A stretch of 62,596 nucleotides of DNA, filler included, from Chiloscyllium plagiosum (taxonomy: Eukaryota), in NCBI RefSeq assembly GCF_004010195.1. It is 4 parts of one record of this genome, joined end to end, with 100 filler letters (N's around TTAATTAATTAA, not from the genome) between each part and the next. Parts side by side here need not be neighbours in the genome. Positions count along the whole stretch, not along the records: positions 56,371 to 62,596 come from NC_057712.1; 3 more parts are not named here. One strand, 5' to 3'. The notes under the pieces were generated by a model. It ran no database searches and was not told where the DNA came from. It worked only from the letters and a program-made list of their open reading frames with translations. The position numbers were made by a program, and so were the translations under genes. This document shows, piece by piece, positions 62,031-62,596 of the stretch (position 1 is the stretch's first letter; each line of letters opens with the position of its first letter).

Positions 62031-62447
62031 TTGCACACACACACAACACTATCCTTAAAGCCAAACTCTCTTAAAGGCAATGTACACCTGCAAAAGTTGC
62101 AGTCAAAAAATGACAATGTTAGACGATGGTGAAAGCTCATGGTTTTCTGCCTTCAGACTCAAGAATGGGAATGCTACCATCCAAGACACTGCCAACTCCT
62201 TTCTAACATAATTTCAAAGATATGAAAGCACTAGCAAGTCACATCGCCTGGTCAAGTTCATGCTTTGCAAAAGCCATGTTCATATACTTAATCATATACA
62301 TTAAAACAGCTGCAAGGAGGTTCTGCATAAATATTCCTTGATGACCAATAGTCATGAATCCAGCATTTCCACTGCTTAATGTTGATCAACACACCTTGCA
62401 CTGCAAATACAAACCTGTTGGATCGGTCAAGAAGGATTTGGCGAAGA

Positions 62448-62596
62448 TGTGTTGCTGGAAAAGCGCAGCAGGTCAGGCAGCATCCAGGGAACAGGAGAAT
62501 CGACGTTTCGGGCATAAGCCCTTCTTCAGGAATGAGGAAAGTTTGTCCAGCAGGCTAGGATAAAAGGTAGGGAGGAGGGACTTGGGGGAGGGGTGT
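62448..62596 (-). mobile_element. PLE-A tail with hammerhead (~62498-62533), cut by window edge
   Basis: Minus strand attc-CTGAAGA-a-gggc ttat gccc-GAAA-cgtc-gatt. Confidence 0.85.

Noticed and set aside
62290..62440. Possible second EGF-like remnant (RCVDQ..WKC) on the minus strand
   Set aside because: Needs a frameshift and lacks EGF Cys spacing and splice sites.

Overview
Repeat-dense vertebrate DNA, almost certainly a shark (HE1/V-SINEs, HER1-like CR1 LINEs, shark-type Penelope elements; a carpet or bamboo shark is a guess), from a gapped draft assembly with three artificial N44-TTAATTAATTAA-N44 joins. The only clear host coding sequence is a pair of 54-bp, phase-0 Gly-X-Y exons on the minus strand (18570-18623, 18423-18476) that resemble the start of the COL21A1 triple helix, so most of the window is probably intron. 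A lone, degenerate EGF-repeat exon lies on the same strand at ~57171-57296. Everything else is nested mobile DNA: CR1, L1 and L2 LINEs, SINEs, two Penelope-like (PLE) families, a deleted Gypsy element, a pogo/Tigger-type MITE, and hAT and Harbinger fossils. Structure the ORF track does not show: (1) about 15 minimal hammerhead ribozyme motifs in PLE tails, several with intact cores; (2) repeated small PLE insertions built as inverted tails flanked by 12-15 bp duplications, two of which fold back right beside the ribozyme core; (3) an 830-bp TSD-flanked composite HE1 + tRNA-Thr-like + HE1 + hairpin insertion in an LTR; (4) a near-perfect 212-bp palindrome in the Gypsy gag start. I cannot show that any of this is a new system. 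PLE hammerheads are known; the back-to-back ribozyme mini-elements and the composite SINE are the best leads. All family calls are by-eye similarity with no database search, and repeat boundaries are approximate.
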